Of a stretch of 64,000 bases of DNA, positions 44,977 through 55,916 are shown piece by piece (the stretch's first letter is position 1; the number at the start of each line of letters is the position of its first letter). The translations under genes were made by a program, and so were the position numbers. This DNA comes from Histomonas meleagridis 2922-C6/04-290x (Eukaryota > Protista > Parabasalia), in NCBI GenBank assembly GCA_020184695.1, contig JAANOX010000202.1:62001-126000 (forward strand), given 5' to 3'. The notes beneath the pieces are model-generated. The model was not told where the DNA came from and did not search any database. It saw nothing but the letters and a program-made list of their open reading frames with translations.

Positions 44977-45116
44977 TTACTTCTGTGGGTTAGTAAAAGT
45001 AAAGAGTTGATCAGACAAACGAAGCTTAATCATTTTTCATAAGACCGTCGTTTGTTCTCATCATTTAAAGTACATACTTGTTCAGTTTTTTGTTGGACCA
45101 AATGAAGAATGGCCAT
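44977..45116 (-). other. Intron-containing mini-gene (spliced ORF MAILHLVQQKTEQK*), probable snoRNA host
   Basis: ATG at 45116, 39-nt exon, intron 45077..44983 with GTATGT donor and ACTAACCCACAG branch/acceptor, then AAG TAA. Confidence 0.6.
45007..45068 (-). ncRNA. Intronic box C/D snoRNA, predicted guide for LSU rRNA Cm (yeast C2959; snR73/SNORD35 equivalent)
   Basis: Box C ATGATGA (45064-45058), D' ATGA (45040-45037), C' ATGATT, box D CTGA (45014-45011). The D' guide ACGACGGTCT is complementary to the conserved LSU sequence AGACCGUCGU. Confidence 0.8.
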
Positions 45117-45369
45117 ACTTTAACGTTCTCTCATTGAAAAGCAAAACGGTTAATAACGGTTTTCATATCACAAATCGAAAAAACCTTTTTTAGCCAGAAT
45201 TACCGAAATTTAACATGTTTTAAATCGGAAAAACAAATTTCTTGCTAAATCAATATGATTACATTAACTTTTTTTTGTTTTATAAACTTAATAATATGTC
45301 TGAAATGTTTTTACACTTTTTGGTTTTTCTTCAGAAATATTTTATTCACATGAATTTTTATTTTACTTG

Positions 45370-45954
45370 ATGAAAGATCATATACATTTTACAAAACTCG
45401 TGTTTTGCGGAACTCCAAAATCGGGGAAATCGACAATTATTTCAAGAATTTTAGGTAAAAACACAATCAGCACTACAAATTATGGAATAACTTCATATCA
45501 ACTTAACCTTGAGTCAGAAAATTTAAATTTCAGTATCTGGGATACGAGTGGAGATGGCCAATACCAAGATCTAATAAACCTAATTTTAAAAGGAGCCGAT
45601 ATTGTAATTATCGTATTTGATTTAGGGAAGAAAGAGAACACCGAATATATAAATTATTTAATGGACCAAACATTAATATATTCTGGCGAACCATTACCAC
45701 ATTTTATCTTCATCGGAAATAAAATCGATTTACCAAGAAAGATCACAGATTCACAAATCAAAGAAATAATCGGAAAAGAATTTTATTTTGAGACAAATGC
45801 ATTAAAACACGAAGGAATTCATGAGTTTTTTACAAAGTTAATCGAATTATCAATTATTAGACAAAACGAATTCAAAACAAACTCAATTCATAAGGACATT
45901 TCTCTTAACCCAATTCGTATTGAAGAAAAAGCAATGAAAAGTCCATGTTGTTAA
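45370..45954 (+). CDS. Divergent Rab-like small GTPase
   Basis: GTPKSGKST, WDTSGD (no catalytic Gln), GNKID, ETNA, C-terminal CC. Confidence 0.75.
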   Translation: MKDHIHFTKLVFCGTPKSGKSTIISRILGKNTISTTNYGITSYQLNLESENLNFSIWDTSGDGQYQDLINLILKGADIVIIVFDLGKKENTEYINYLMDQTLIYSGEPLPHFIFIGNKIDLPRKITDSQIKEIIGKEFYFETNALKHEGIHEFFTKLIELSIIRQNEFKTNSIHKDISLNPIRIEEKAMKSPCC

Positions 45955-45974
45955 AAAAAAAATAAATAATTTAT

Positions 45975-47942
45975 TTAAACTTGTTGTAAGTTTATCTTAT
46001 TAAATAATAAATCAATTTTACTTTTTGATAATTTTAATTCCGTTTTATAAAACTTTATGGAGACGTCATTCCATTCATCAATTTTTAATTCCAAATATAA
46101 ATGTAATTGTTTCTTAAGTTCTTTCCGAAGAATTTTCCATTTGAAGTTCTTCTTAATACAATCTTTACATTTACTAATTGATTTCATTGTTAAATTTGGT
46201 AAATTTTCATTTAATTTATCAAACTTTTGTATCGTATGAGTTGGCTGAATTCGAATTAAATCAATATAAAAATATTTATTTTGTTTCCATATATTAATTT
46301 GTTCAAAAAATGTCCAAACATTTGACATATAATGTGATACTAATTCTTTAATAAATAACGAATGAACATTTTTTTGTGTTTCGATAATATGTTCATAAGA
46401 ATTTTTAAGGATTCCGACGTTTAAGTTATTTTTTTTATTAAATGTTTTTAAAAAAGTATAAACATTGATAACGTTAAATATATTTTTCTTTAAAGTTGAC
46501 ATTTTGGAATCATTAAAAGTAATAATTTTATTAAGCATCGCATTAATTAATGATTCCGCATTTTTCTTTAGAATATCTTCATCAACGCCAATACATTTGG
46601 TTACAAATTGTATAATAAGTGATGGAACTGTTTTCGATGTAGTTAATTTATGGTTTTGGACATTATTTGTTTTTTCGATATATGACTTATAATATTCGAT
46701 ATGTTTTTCCCATTTCTGTTTACTATATTCGATGATTTCAGTGAAATCATTTCCAAATGCCATTTTGATTATACTATAAGCTTTTAATGCATAAAATGGA
46801 CCAAGTAATGATATATTATCAATATAATCATCGAATTCTTTTGATAAATGAGAAGATATCATTTCATGTTTAGCCTTTTCAATTTCCCAATATTCATTAA
46901 ATGTTTTTTCTTCGATTTGTATTCGATCGATTAATTTCTTTGTTATTTTGATAAAGTTCTGAAGAAATAATGTTCGAGGTGATTCATCAGAACCAAAATC
47001 GAGTATATATAATTGTGTATCTAATTGTTCATTTCCTAAAAACTTTTTTAACTCAATGTTTTCCATTCCGACGTCACCAAGAACTTCATAATCGATTAAT
47101 TTTTTTGCGCAATGTGAATATTCTTCGACAATATATTTATAAGAATCAGGATGAAAATTCTTAGCAAAATTTATAAAATTTATATAGGGATTTAATATTT
47201 GTAAAATTATATTTTTAGAAATAATTTCCTTTAGTCTTGAATTGTTTTTGTTTTCTTCATTATTAAAATTTTCGTTTTTATATTTTATTATTTGAGGAAT
47301 ATCTCGAAGTAATTGATGAATAAATTGCGTCGAAAAATTTGATACGAAATTTAATAATAATTTTTCAAGTAATGTTTTCTTTTGTTTGCAACATTGTTTC
47401 ATGTTTATTAATATCTGGGGAATATCATTTGATAAATATTCATTATTAGCTTCAATTAATTTGTTATATAAATTTGTAAGTTGAGAAATATCTTCAAAAT
47501 TTGGTTTCGTTAATGAATCTTTAATATCTTTTGGAATTGATGCGAATTCATAAATATTTTGTAAGTGTTTCAACGCCGCTTTTTTATTATGTATATTTGC
47601 TTGATTTGGATATATCATTTTGAAGATTTTTTTGATTGATTCTTCATTGTCCCATTCAGGGGAAAATATTTTTAATATTTCATGTTCTATATCTAATATT
47701 GTTTTAATGTGAATAAACGTCGATTTGAATTGAAGCATATGCTCAATGAGCATCGGCATTCGATTAAAATATTTATCATTTACATTCTTTTCAAGCATTG
47801 GAACAATTTCCTCTGGTGGAAGATGAAGAAGTTCTTTTGTTATTTTTTCATTTATATCGATATTTTGTTGTTCTTCATTTTTTGCTTCTTTTTGATTGTA
47901 CAAACTTTTCTTCATATGTTTAGTCGGAATAACTTCACTCAT
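45975..47942 (-). CDS. Hypothetical helical protein, possibly Sec3/Vps52-like tethering subunit
   Basis: 655-aa all-helical ORF; the C-terminal NVYTFL..ELVSHYM..VWTFFEQI..QPTHT resembles Sec3_C. Confidence 0.35.
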   Translation of the reverse strand: MSEVIPTKHMKKSLYNQKEAKNEEQQNIDINEKITKELLHLPPEEIVPMLEKNVNDKYFNRMPMLIEHMLQFKSTFIHIKTILDIEHEILKIFSPEWDNEESIKKIFKMIYPNQANIHNKKAALKHLQNIYEFASIPKDIKDSLTKPNFEDISQLTNLYNKLIEANNEYLSNDIPQILINMKQCCKQKKTLLEKLLLNFVSNFSTQFIHQLLRDIPQIIKYKNENFNNEENKNNSRLKEIISKNIILQILNPYINFINFAKNFHPDSYKYIVEEYSHCAKKLIDYEVLGDVGMENIELKKFLGNEQLDTQLYILDFGSDESPRTLFLQNFIKITKKLIDRIQIEEKTFNEYWEIEKAKHEMISSHLSKEFDDYIDNISLLGPFYALKAYSIIKMAFGNDFTEIIEYSKQKWEKHIEYYKSYIEKTNNVQNHKLTTSKTVPSLIIQFVTKCIGVDEDILKKNAESLINAMLNKIITFNDSKMSTLKKNIFNVINVYTFLKTFNKKNNLNVGILKNSYEHIIETQKNVHSLFIKELVSHYMSNVWTFFEQINIWKQNKYFYIDLIRIQPTHTIQKFDKLNENLPNLTMKSISKCKDCIKKNFKWKILRKELKKQLHLYLELKIDEWNDVSIKFYKTELKLSKSKIDLLFNKINLQQV

Positions 47943-48129
47943 AAATTCTCGGTTCCAAAAACTATTTTGTTTTGAGGATGAAAACGATTCTTGTGACTTT
48001 GCGATAATTTACTTCTCGAGCAAAAAGAAAAACCATACAACTATTGTAAAACCTCAACATGTTGCAAACGCTTTTATTGTTTTTAACAATATCAATACTT
48101 CATTAATATGTTTAATTCTCAAAACAAAA

Positions 48130-48609
48130 TGAAAAAAATTTAATTGACATAAATGTGACCACAAATATTAAATCGGATTTTGCTCATTATAAAGCAGAAA
48201 GTAACGACAATTATCCATTTTCCAAATATTTTGTTGATAATTATTCAGAACTTTCAAAGAATGACTTCATAAACAATGTATTAAAGAAGGACATAATCCA
48301 AAATCCGAAATGATGAAATAAAAAAACTTCAAGAAATATCTTCACTAACAAATTTTGACTTTAACCGACCACTTTATGAAAGATGTTCACTTATTATATA
48401 TAAAAATAATTTTACATTAATTGATTATGGCATTTTTTGGTTCAGTTAAATGTTTTAAATATTTATTTATGAATAATATAAAATTAACAAATGCAATTGC
48501 AGTTGAAAACTTAGAGATAATTAATTTATGTGAACAATATAATTTATCATTTTGTAATACATATGAAACTCCAACACAACATTTGACAAATAATTTTACC
48601 TCAGATTGA
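48130..48609 (+). pseudogene. Degenerate DUF3447-ankyrin fragment
   Basis: Frameshifted matches to family motifs (FAHYKAE, NYSELSKND, KLQEISS, AFFGSVKCFKYL, NLEIINLCEQ). Confidence 0.7.
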
Positions 48610-50179
48610 GCTGAGGTATTATGTTAAATCTTCTTCTTTTCATTGGCTGTGGTCGTTTTGGTGTTTCTTTGTTCTCATTTTGCGCTATTTTTTCTTCACT
48701 TATCTCAGCAACTTCTATTTTATCATATTCGTTATCATCCAAATCTGGAAGTTCATTTCTTTGTTGATCTATAAACTCCAAAATTTGTTTATATGACAAA
48801 TATTTATCTTTTGGAATTTTATTAATTAAAAATTGTATTCTTTTATGCATTGTATAATTAATATTATTCGAAAATATATCATTTGATCTTTGGCCATTTA
48901 TATAAAGAGTCAATGATGAAGAGAATGTATTTATAGTTAAAAAATCGAAAAATGAATTTGAAAGTTTTGAACTAATAACTTCTTCAAAGTTTTCTCCATT
49001 ATGATGTACATTTATAGATTTTTTATCATTTTTATTTTCTTTTAATTCTTTAATTTTCGAAACTCTAAACAATGAATTATTTGCAATTAAATCAGAATAC
49101 AATGAATTTAATTGTCTAATTCTTAACGATGTTATATTTACATTTAATAATTTAATATTAATCACTACAATTGGTAATTTATCTTTATCTGCATTCATAA
49201 GAAGTGATTTTGCTTCTTCTTTTATTAGATCGATATGATCATTAATATCCCAATTAATTTTATGTTCAATTTTTAATACTTTATATAGAAATTTTCTTGT
49301 TTCCATTAGTGTAATTGGTTTAAATTTAAATGTTCCATCTTGAAATACATCCAAAATTATCATTGATCTTTCAGTACATTCTTTTTTAGTATATTTAGTA
49401 AATATCGTTGATCCAGGCTGCATTATTTTTACTCCATTTACTTCAGTTATGTTTACTCTATTTTCATGTTCATGGCCCCATACAATTAAATCAATAAATG
49501 GGAAATTTTTTGTAATTATTTCTTCATTACTTAATACTTTCGAATTCCTTGAAATCCGATTTTGATGTAATAAAAGAATTGAAAATGTTCGTTTTTCACT
49601 ATCATTTTCTGGTTGAATTAATTTAATTTTCTCATTTGTTAATTTGTTATTAAATGAACTATCGATAATATAATTGATTCCATATATATAAATATCAATT
49701 CCATTTCGAGTTATTACCACAGGTTCAATGATAATTATATTATTTACTTCTTTGTTGGAAAAACAATACACTAAACCATTGGATGCAAGGAGATCGCATG
49801 GACCATATCGTGGAATTCCAATTGGTTCATCATGATTTCCATATATAAGAAAGAAAGGAATTCGATCAATCTCATTGTTCTGTAAAAAGTCTTTTGATAT
49901 TTGACTTAAACCTGATGTATTTGTAATTGTAACTCTATTTTCTATTGGATAATCATATGAACGAATTAATTTCGTTAGGTTGATTTGTGATTGAAGACTC
50001 GGATTCCTTGAATCATATAAATCACCAGAATGTAAAATTACATCTGATTCTTCACTTTCGGAGATTTCTAAAACTTCACTAAATGCTTCAAATGAATCAT
50101 TCGCTAATTTAGGATCATTCTCTTTATAGCCTATATGCGTGTCAGTAAAAATAGTTAATCGAATTTTGTCTGACTGCAA
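48596..50179 (-). CDS. MRE11: MRE11 nuclease (no in-frame AUG at the N-terminus)
   Basis: DTHIG, GDLYD, GNHD, LLHQNR, WGHEHE and QPGS phosphoesterase motifs. Confidence 0.92.
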   Translation of the reverse strand: MQSDKIRLTIFTDTHIGYKENDPKLANDSFEAFSEVLEISESEESDVILHSGDLYDSRNPSLQSQINLTKLIRSYDYPIENRVTITNTSGLSQISKDFLQNNEIDRIPFFLIYGNHDEPIGIPRYGPCDLLASNGLVYCFSNKEVNNIIIIEPVVITRNGIDIYIYGINYIIDSSFNNKLTNEKIKLIQPENDSEKRTFSILLLHQNRISRNSKVLSNEEIITKNFPFIDLIVWGHEHENRVNITEVNGVKIMQPGSTIFTKYTKKECTERSMIILDVFQDGTFKFKPITLMETRKFLYKVLKIEHKINWDINDHIDLIKEEAKSLLMNADKDKLPIVVINIKLLNVNITSLRIRQLNSLYSDLIANNSLFRVSKIKELKENKNDKKSINVHHNGENFEEVISSKLSNSFFDFLTINTFSSSLTLYINGQRSNDIFSNNINYTMHKRIQFLINKIPKDKYLSYKQILEFIDQQRNELPDLDDNEYDKIEVAEISEEKIAQNENKETPKRPQPMKRRRFNIIPQLNLR

Positions 50180-50529
50180 AATTTTTAATTAAGTTTGATG
50201 TGATGTTTGATGTTGAGTGACCGTTAATTTAAATTTTGAACTTTTTTTGTATAAACATATAAAATTATGATTTCTCTCTTTGTTATTATACAAGGTGAGG
50301 CAAATGAAGGTGTTTGTAGCAAAAAGATTTGATTTATTTTGAAAAATAATAATTAATGTATTGAAATTTTTAAGTTAAATATATGTAACCCAAATAATTA
50401 TATCAGAGGATTTCCTTTTTAGTGTGTCATTTGTTTTATATTATGTTATTTGTTTTTAGACTTACAAATTATGTTTTCTGTAATTTCACATTCTAATTAT
50501 TTTTAGGGCCACCCCATACTTCGCCAAAA

Positions 50530-52140
50530 ATGTTGGGCAAAGAGCAGAACACTCCACCCGCCAATCCTTATGATTTCCAAGGTTGGATGGACTGCATATC
50601 AAAGATTGATATATCGCAGAGTGCCAATATTTCTAAGCAAGAATATGATACAAATGTTAAAATTTTTCATGATTTCTTAACAACATTTCCATGTCTTTAC
50701 AATTATTGGGTAAAGTATGCTTCTCTTATATGGGCTGGTAGTGATAGTTATGAAGAAGTTCAAAAAATCTTTAATATGGCTCTCGAAACAAATTTACGTC
50801 ATTCTGTTGAAATGTGGTCCGAAATCATTAAGTTCTATCAAAGCCATTATACTCAATCTGAAATGCCACAGCTCCGTTTTGTTTATGGGGAAGCTCTTGA
50901 TGCTGTGGGTCATAATTTCAAGTCTGGAATTCTTTGGCGTCAAGCGATTGACTTTGAGGTCAGTCTTAACAAGAGCCCATACTTTCTTTTAGCCAAAGCC
51001 ATTACTAATCCCATCATTAATCTTCGAAATTTCTGGGAAGAACTCCAAAATTTGCTTCCACGTATTCCATTACATGAATTAACACAATTTGATCCCAACA
51101 AGAGTGTATCCGAGCTTCTTAAAATCGATATTTTTATGACTGGTGACTCGTCAGATGATCAAACCATTCGTTCCAATATTACACAAGACCTCACTGCATT
51201 ATATAACAAATCACTTGACTCATATTCAAATCGTGTGTATTATGAAAACTCTATCACTCGTACATATTTTCATTTTCTATCACCAGATGAAGCTCAAATC
51301 AGTAATTGGGAGTCATATATCAATGAATTCGAAACTCTTTTTTACAAAGATATGAATGAAGATCGTCTTAATGATGTTATAGAACTATATGAACGCGCAT
51401 TAATTCCATGTAATTATATTGAATCGATCTGGATTGAATATGCCAACTTCATTGAGTCAGTGACGATCATTGATGGCGTTTCATTATCACGCGATATCTA
51501 TAAGCGAATTCCATATCATATAATTCCACATGCGAAAATTCTTTATGCAGAATTTGAAGAAGAATATAACAATGAAAATGCCGAAGCATTATATACCGAA
51601 ATGTCTGAATCAGATTATGCTGAACAAGTTATAACATCCGCATGTTATTATAAGCGAACAAATCGTATTGATGTATCATTAACAGTTTTAAGGAATTCGC
51701 GCGATAAAATGTTACAAAACAATGACATCGAAGGCGCAGCTGTTATAGCTACGGCATTACTTGAGTTATATGGTGAAGAATCAGATATAATATATTCGAC
51801 AACTTATTTGTTGAAATTTATTAAGAAACTTATCGACGAAAATAAATTCGATGACGCAAATCAATTGCTGTTTAGCGTGACACAAGGTGAAAACGCCGAA
51901 AAGATTTTGATCGAAGATAGATTGCCTTTGATACAAATTTACATCGAGTGCTGCCGAATGTGGGGAGTCGACGCAAACTTTCAGCTCAACCTCGAAATGA
52001 CGTACAATAAGCTGAAGAATAAAATGATGTGGCACAAGGAATACTTCAAGCAAACAGAACTAAACAAAAGAAAACCACCTGAGAAAAGATTAGAAAATTG
52101 GATCGATTACCAGAAAAATCTGAATAAAATGATAAGCTGA
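50530..52140 (+). CDS. PRP39: PRP39-like HAT-repeat splicing factor
   Basis: DFQGW..., FLTTFPCLYNYWVKYA, VGHNFKSGILW, RTYFH, LYERALIPC. Confidence 0.82.
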   Translation: MLGKEQNTPPANPYDFQGWMDCISKIDISQSANISKQEYDTNVKIFHDFLTTFPCLYNYWVKYASLIWAGSDSYEEVQKIFNMALETNLRHSVEMWSEIIKFYQSHYTQSEMPQLRFVYGEALDAVGHNFKSGILWRQAIDFEVSLNKSPYFLLAKAITNPIINLRNFWEELQNLLPRIPLHELTQFDPNKSVSELLKIDIFMTGDSSDDQTIRSNITQDLTALYNKSLDSYSNRVYYENSITRTYFHFLSPDEAQISNWESYINEFETLFYKDMNEDRLNDVIELYERALIPCNYIESIWIEYANFIESVTIIDGVSLSRDIYKRIPYHIIPHAKILYAEFEEEYNNENAEALYTEMSESDYAEQVITSACYYKRTNRIDVSLTVLRNSRDKMLQNNDIEGAAVIATALLELYGEESDIIYSTTYLLKFIKKLIDENKFDDANQLLFSVTQGENAEKILIEDRLPLIQIYIECCRMWGVDANFQLNLEMTYNKLKNKMMWHKEYFKQTELNKRKPPEKRLENWIDYQKNLNKMIS

Positions 52141-52183
52141 TTTTTTCATTTTGGAATATTTACGAAAGTGTTTCGATATGCGA

Positions 52184-52347
52184 TCTCGATCATGTTGGAT
52201 ACGGAGGCATATTCCGTGGATTTATACACTTAAATTCGAAAGTTCTTTGAGGACTTCTAATTGCACTCTCGATCATGTTGGATACGGAGGCATATTCCGT
52301 AGATTTATACATTTAAATTCGAAAGTTCTTTGAGGACTTCTATTTGC
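52184..52347. repeat. Two-copy 83-nt direct tandem repeat with hairpins
   Basis: tctcgatcatgttggatacggaggcatattccgt(g/a)gatttataca(c/t)ttaaattcgaaagttctttgaggacttcta at 52184 and 52267. Confidence 0.9.
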
Positions 52348-52584
52348 TTCAATTGGATAAGGATTTGCAAAAAATCTGATTGTATGCAAAGCACTATCAA
52401 TTGTTTAGTGGATTGTTTAAGACTGAAATAAATTAAAAAAAAATGTTAAACAATGTATTTCCTTCTCTTTTAATAAAAAATTTCTTCATGAATTTTTTTA
52501 CATGTTGTTTGAAAATTATATTATTGCAATTTCATACTAAGTTTTATGAAGTCTTTTACTTGGATGGGTGGAGTACGTTAAAGG

Positions 52585-53928
52585 ATGACTGATGTTTACA
52601 AAATTAAGCACCCTTGCTCACAAAATTGTTTTTATTTTGATGTAAGGAAAGGGACTTTTTTAGATCGCATGCCCAGTAATGCAAGAATAAAACAAACACC
52701 AGTTTCGTTCCAAATTCCAATACCAGATTCAATGTTTCCCTGCTATCAAAAGAAAAAAGGATCATCACCTCAAATTATAGGAAACCCTCTTTTGGATGAT
52801 CCAAAAATGACATCAGATTGTTATTATGAAATATCATATCTCCCACCAGATTTATTTATATTAGACTCACCATCTACCATTTATAACACACTCATAGGAC
52901 TTTTAAATCGGAAGGCTTTAGGTAATCCAACTTCAGATCTTCATGAATTACTTTCACCACGAAATAATCTCATTTCTTCACTTTTAGAGGAGGTTGGCAA
53001 TGAAGCATCACGTGCCATCAGTACCCATATTAACTCCTACTCTTCTCTTAGTCTTTTACAATTCCAACGAGATGAAAAACGGAAGTCAATTTTGTTATCA
53101 CTATTTTCCATCTTACGACAAAATCGAGTTTTTGTAGACGAAGCTTATCTCCAGCTTATTAAATACACGAACACGCCCATTTATAGCAAGCAAATTGGAC
53201 ATGTTTGGGACATATTTATTTTTTTGATAACATTTTTTCGATCATCGCGTTTCTGGCGACTCATTCGTTCGTATCTTTTCATTGTTCTTCGGTATGAATT
53301 TATAGATGTCCGCATACGAAAGAAAGCGTTTATCTGTACAATTCGTGCTGGAATAAACGAAACTTTAGAATACAGTCAATCGAATGAAGAAGCTCTTCGA
53401 ATTAAGACGATTGACACGAATTTGTTTTGTGTTCCACTTCAAGAAGTTTTATTTAAAGAGTCAATAATGGGATTTAACAACCAAACTAATGTTCCTATGT
53501 TAATACGTAATATTATTGAAAAATCACGTGCTTTAAATAATAAGAACTTAATTTATGATGCGATTTTGCAGAAAAATAATCTCGAAATTGTGACCGAATT
53601 ACCTTTTGTCTTTGAGTTTATTAGAAATCTTTTTGTTCCATTTTTGTCTTTAGATATAATGGTGGAGTTAGATACTAAAACACCAAGTTTTAAATGTTTG
53701 GAAATTGTAAATGAGTTAAATAACTGTGAAAGAGATTTTTTGTTCTATTTGATTGTGTTTTTAAAAGAAATTAAATCAGAGAAAAAGGAATATGATAAAG
53801 TGTTGGATAAAATAGCTTGCGCAATGTTCCAAGTGGATGCTATATCAGATGACCAACAAAAATCAATAACAAGATTCATTACGATTTTGATAGAATATTG
53901 GGATGTAAATAATTTGTGTCAAATATAA
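52585..53928 (+). CDS. Divergent MyTH4 plus RhoGAP-like protein (ARHGAP39-like layout)
   Basis: WW-like start, DEAYLQLIK MyTH4 motif, LFCVPLQEV..VPMLI RhoGAP start. Confidence 0.6.
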   Translation: MTDVYKIKHPCSQNCFYFDVRKGTFLDRMPSNARIKQTPVSFQIPIPDSMFPCYQKKKGSSPQIIGNPLLDDPKMTSDCYYEISYLPPDLFILDSPSTIYNTLIGLLNRKALGNPTSDLHELLSPRNNLISSLLEEVGNEASRAISTHINSYSSLSLLQFQRDEKRKSILLSLFSILRQNRVFVDEAYLQLIKYTNTPIYSKQIGHVWDIFIFLITFFRSSRFWRLIRSYLFIVLRYEFIDVRIRKKAFICTIRAGINETLEYSQSNEEALRIKTIDTNLFCVPLQEVLFKESIMGFNNQTNVPMLIRNIIEKSRALNNKNLIYDAILQKNNLEIVTELPFVFEFIRNLFVPFLSLDIMVELDTKTPSFKCLEIVNELNNCERDFLFYLIVFLKEIKSEKKEYDKVLDKIACAMFQVDAISDDQQKSITRFITILIEYWDVNNLCQI

Positions 53929-54365
53929 AATATATTATCATAAAAAGCGATTATTAATTTTTTTGTTTAGATTTTATTTTATTTTTTTATAAATACTAAA
54001 TCGAAAAAATAATGAAAAATTTTTACAAAATTTTAATTTCTGCCAAAACAAAAAGATACAATTTCTTTATATTGCGTTTGACTTCTATATATGTTTTTCA
54101 AAGAATATTATGAAAGAAAATTTTAAAAGACAGATTTTTTTATTTTGAATAAACGTACGATCATTTATGTGAAGTGATTTTATTATATCGGATCTTATTC
54201 CTTAAGCAACATGACTGTTTAAAGTAGATTAATCAAATTAATGCGTAAATCTTCTTCACGAATTAAGCGAATTACTATTTTAACTCAAAACAATTTCATT
54301 TTTTTTAAACAAAAAATATAAAATCAGATACAACAAGTCGCTTGGATTTTACTACTCATTATAAT

Positions 54366-55325
54366 TTATTTATGCATATCACTAACAATGTCCTGGTCAG
54401 TAATTTCGAGTGCAGTAGTTTCATCTACAAAATTTTTCTTTGGTTTATAGAATCGAAGTAACAAGACAATTAAAGACACAAGGCTTATAATGAACACCAG
54501 AATGGTGATGAATATCATTGCTAAAGCAATTTTTTGATATTCTCTGTTCTCTCTTTTTGCATTTATATATTGCAAATTTGATTTGTCTCCTGGAGTTGTC
54601 CATTTGTAATTACCTAGACTTCCCTTAAGAGAAGAAAACAGTCCAACAGAGGCATTGTTGGAGAACTCGGTATCAAGTAATGTCATGGATCCAATAATTA
54701 TATTAAACTCAACAGGTGTATATTTCGATGATGACATATGGATCATACCAGGGCTTGTAAAACTTACTGATTTGTTTTCTTTCGGAATGATACTAACTTC
54801 TGTGTTATTATAATAATATAAGGTTAGACCTGTGTCTCTTGGATGGTCAAACTTTCTGGCATAAAACTTTGTGTTTTCTCCAAAATCAAAGAATGCAGGA
54901 TATCGTCTGGGGATTATGATATTTTGTCCTAGAAATTGACTTCCAGCTGTATCACCAATAAAACAGGCACTATCTTTATCATAACTTGTATGCCAAATGG
55001 ATAAGGCGCAATCTTCTGAGAAACAACCTAATGTGAAGTTTGATAAAAAAATTTGTACACCTTCTCCAGGATTAACGTCTGGAAAATTATTCCATTGATA
55101 CCCTAGATCTTCAGTAGTGATTTTAATAATGCCTTTATTTTTATTATGTAGATATATAGCAGTTTGCCCTTCATTAATTGTCGAAAAATTAATTTTTGTG
55201 TCAACTTTCATGATGCACCTCGTGAAGTTTGGATTAGGACCAAAGGTTTCTGAACATATTCCCATGGAAAATGATAAAAAAGGAAAGATGGTGGAAACTA
55301 TCGGAAACAACATAATAATTTGCAT
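54366..55325 (-). CDS. Hypothetical type I membrane protein
   Basis: N-terminal hydrophobic signal-like segment (ATG 55325) and C-terminal TM IALAMIFITILVFIISLVSLIVLLL. Confidence 0.7.
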   Translation of the reverse strand: MQIIMLFPIVSTIFPFLSFSMGICSETFGPNPNFTRCIMKVDTKINFSTINEGQTAIYLHNKNKGIIKITTEDLGYQWNNFPDVNPGEGVQIFLSNFTLGCFSEDCALSIWHTSYDKDSACFIGDTAGSQFLGQNIIIPRRYPAFFDFGENTKFYARKFDHPRDTGLTLYYYNNTEVSIIPKENKSVSFTSPGMIHMSSSKYTPVEFNIIIGSMTLLDTEFSNNASVGLFSSLKGSLGNYKWTTPGDKSNLQYINAKRENREYQKIALAMIFITILVFIISLVSLIVLLLRFYKPKKNFVDETTALEITDQDIVSDMHK

Positions 55326-55916
55326 CAAATTGTTGACAAATAAATTTGAGAAGTTTGAGTGTGACACGAAAAAAAAATTAAATCTAAATTAAAAAATATT
55401 CATTATTGACTTATAATTCACCTTTAAAAAATTAATGCTTTACAAGTAAAATGAAATAAATAATATTGCTAGTTAATTCTATATAAATCAATTAAAAATA
55501 TATTTCATGAATTTTCAAAATTTTAAGAAATATCAAATCACATTCAACTTGATATGCATTTTATACATCACGAAGTTATTTATTTATCGCAAAAATTAAA
55601 AATTCACTTTCCCAAAATAACACATCGGAGAAATTCAATTCAAACGGTTTATGTCAGGCCATCGTCAAATCAACGATCAAAATAAATTCAATTAGATATC
55701 GTTTCTGCAGAAATGAACTAAATCTCATACTTATCATAAAAGAAAGACATAAAAAATTAATGTAAAAGGTATGCAATATTTTATGTAATTGTATTTTTAT
55801 ATCAAAAATATATAAATGCTCTTCTAAATTTGGTTCGATCTTTTTCTTCCAAGAAAACGTCAGAAAAAATGTTGTGAATTTTTCAATGCACTTCGCGGTT
55901 TGAGTTATTTTTGGAA

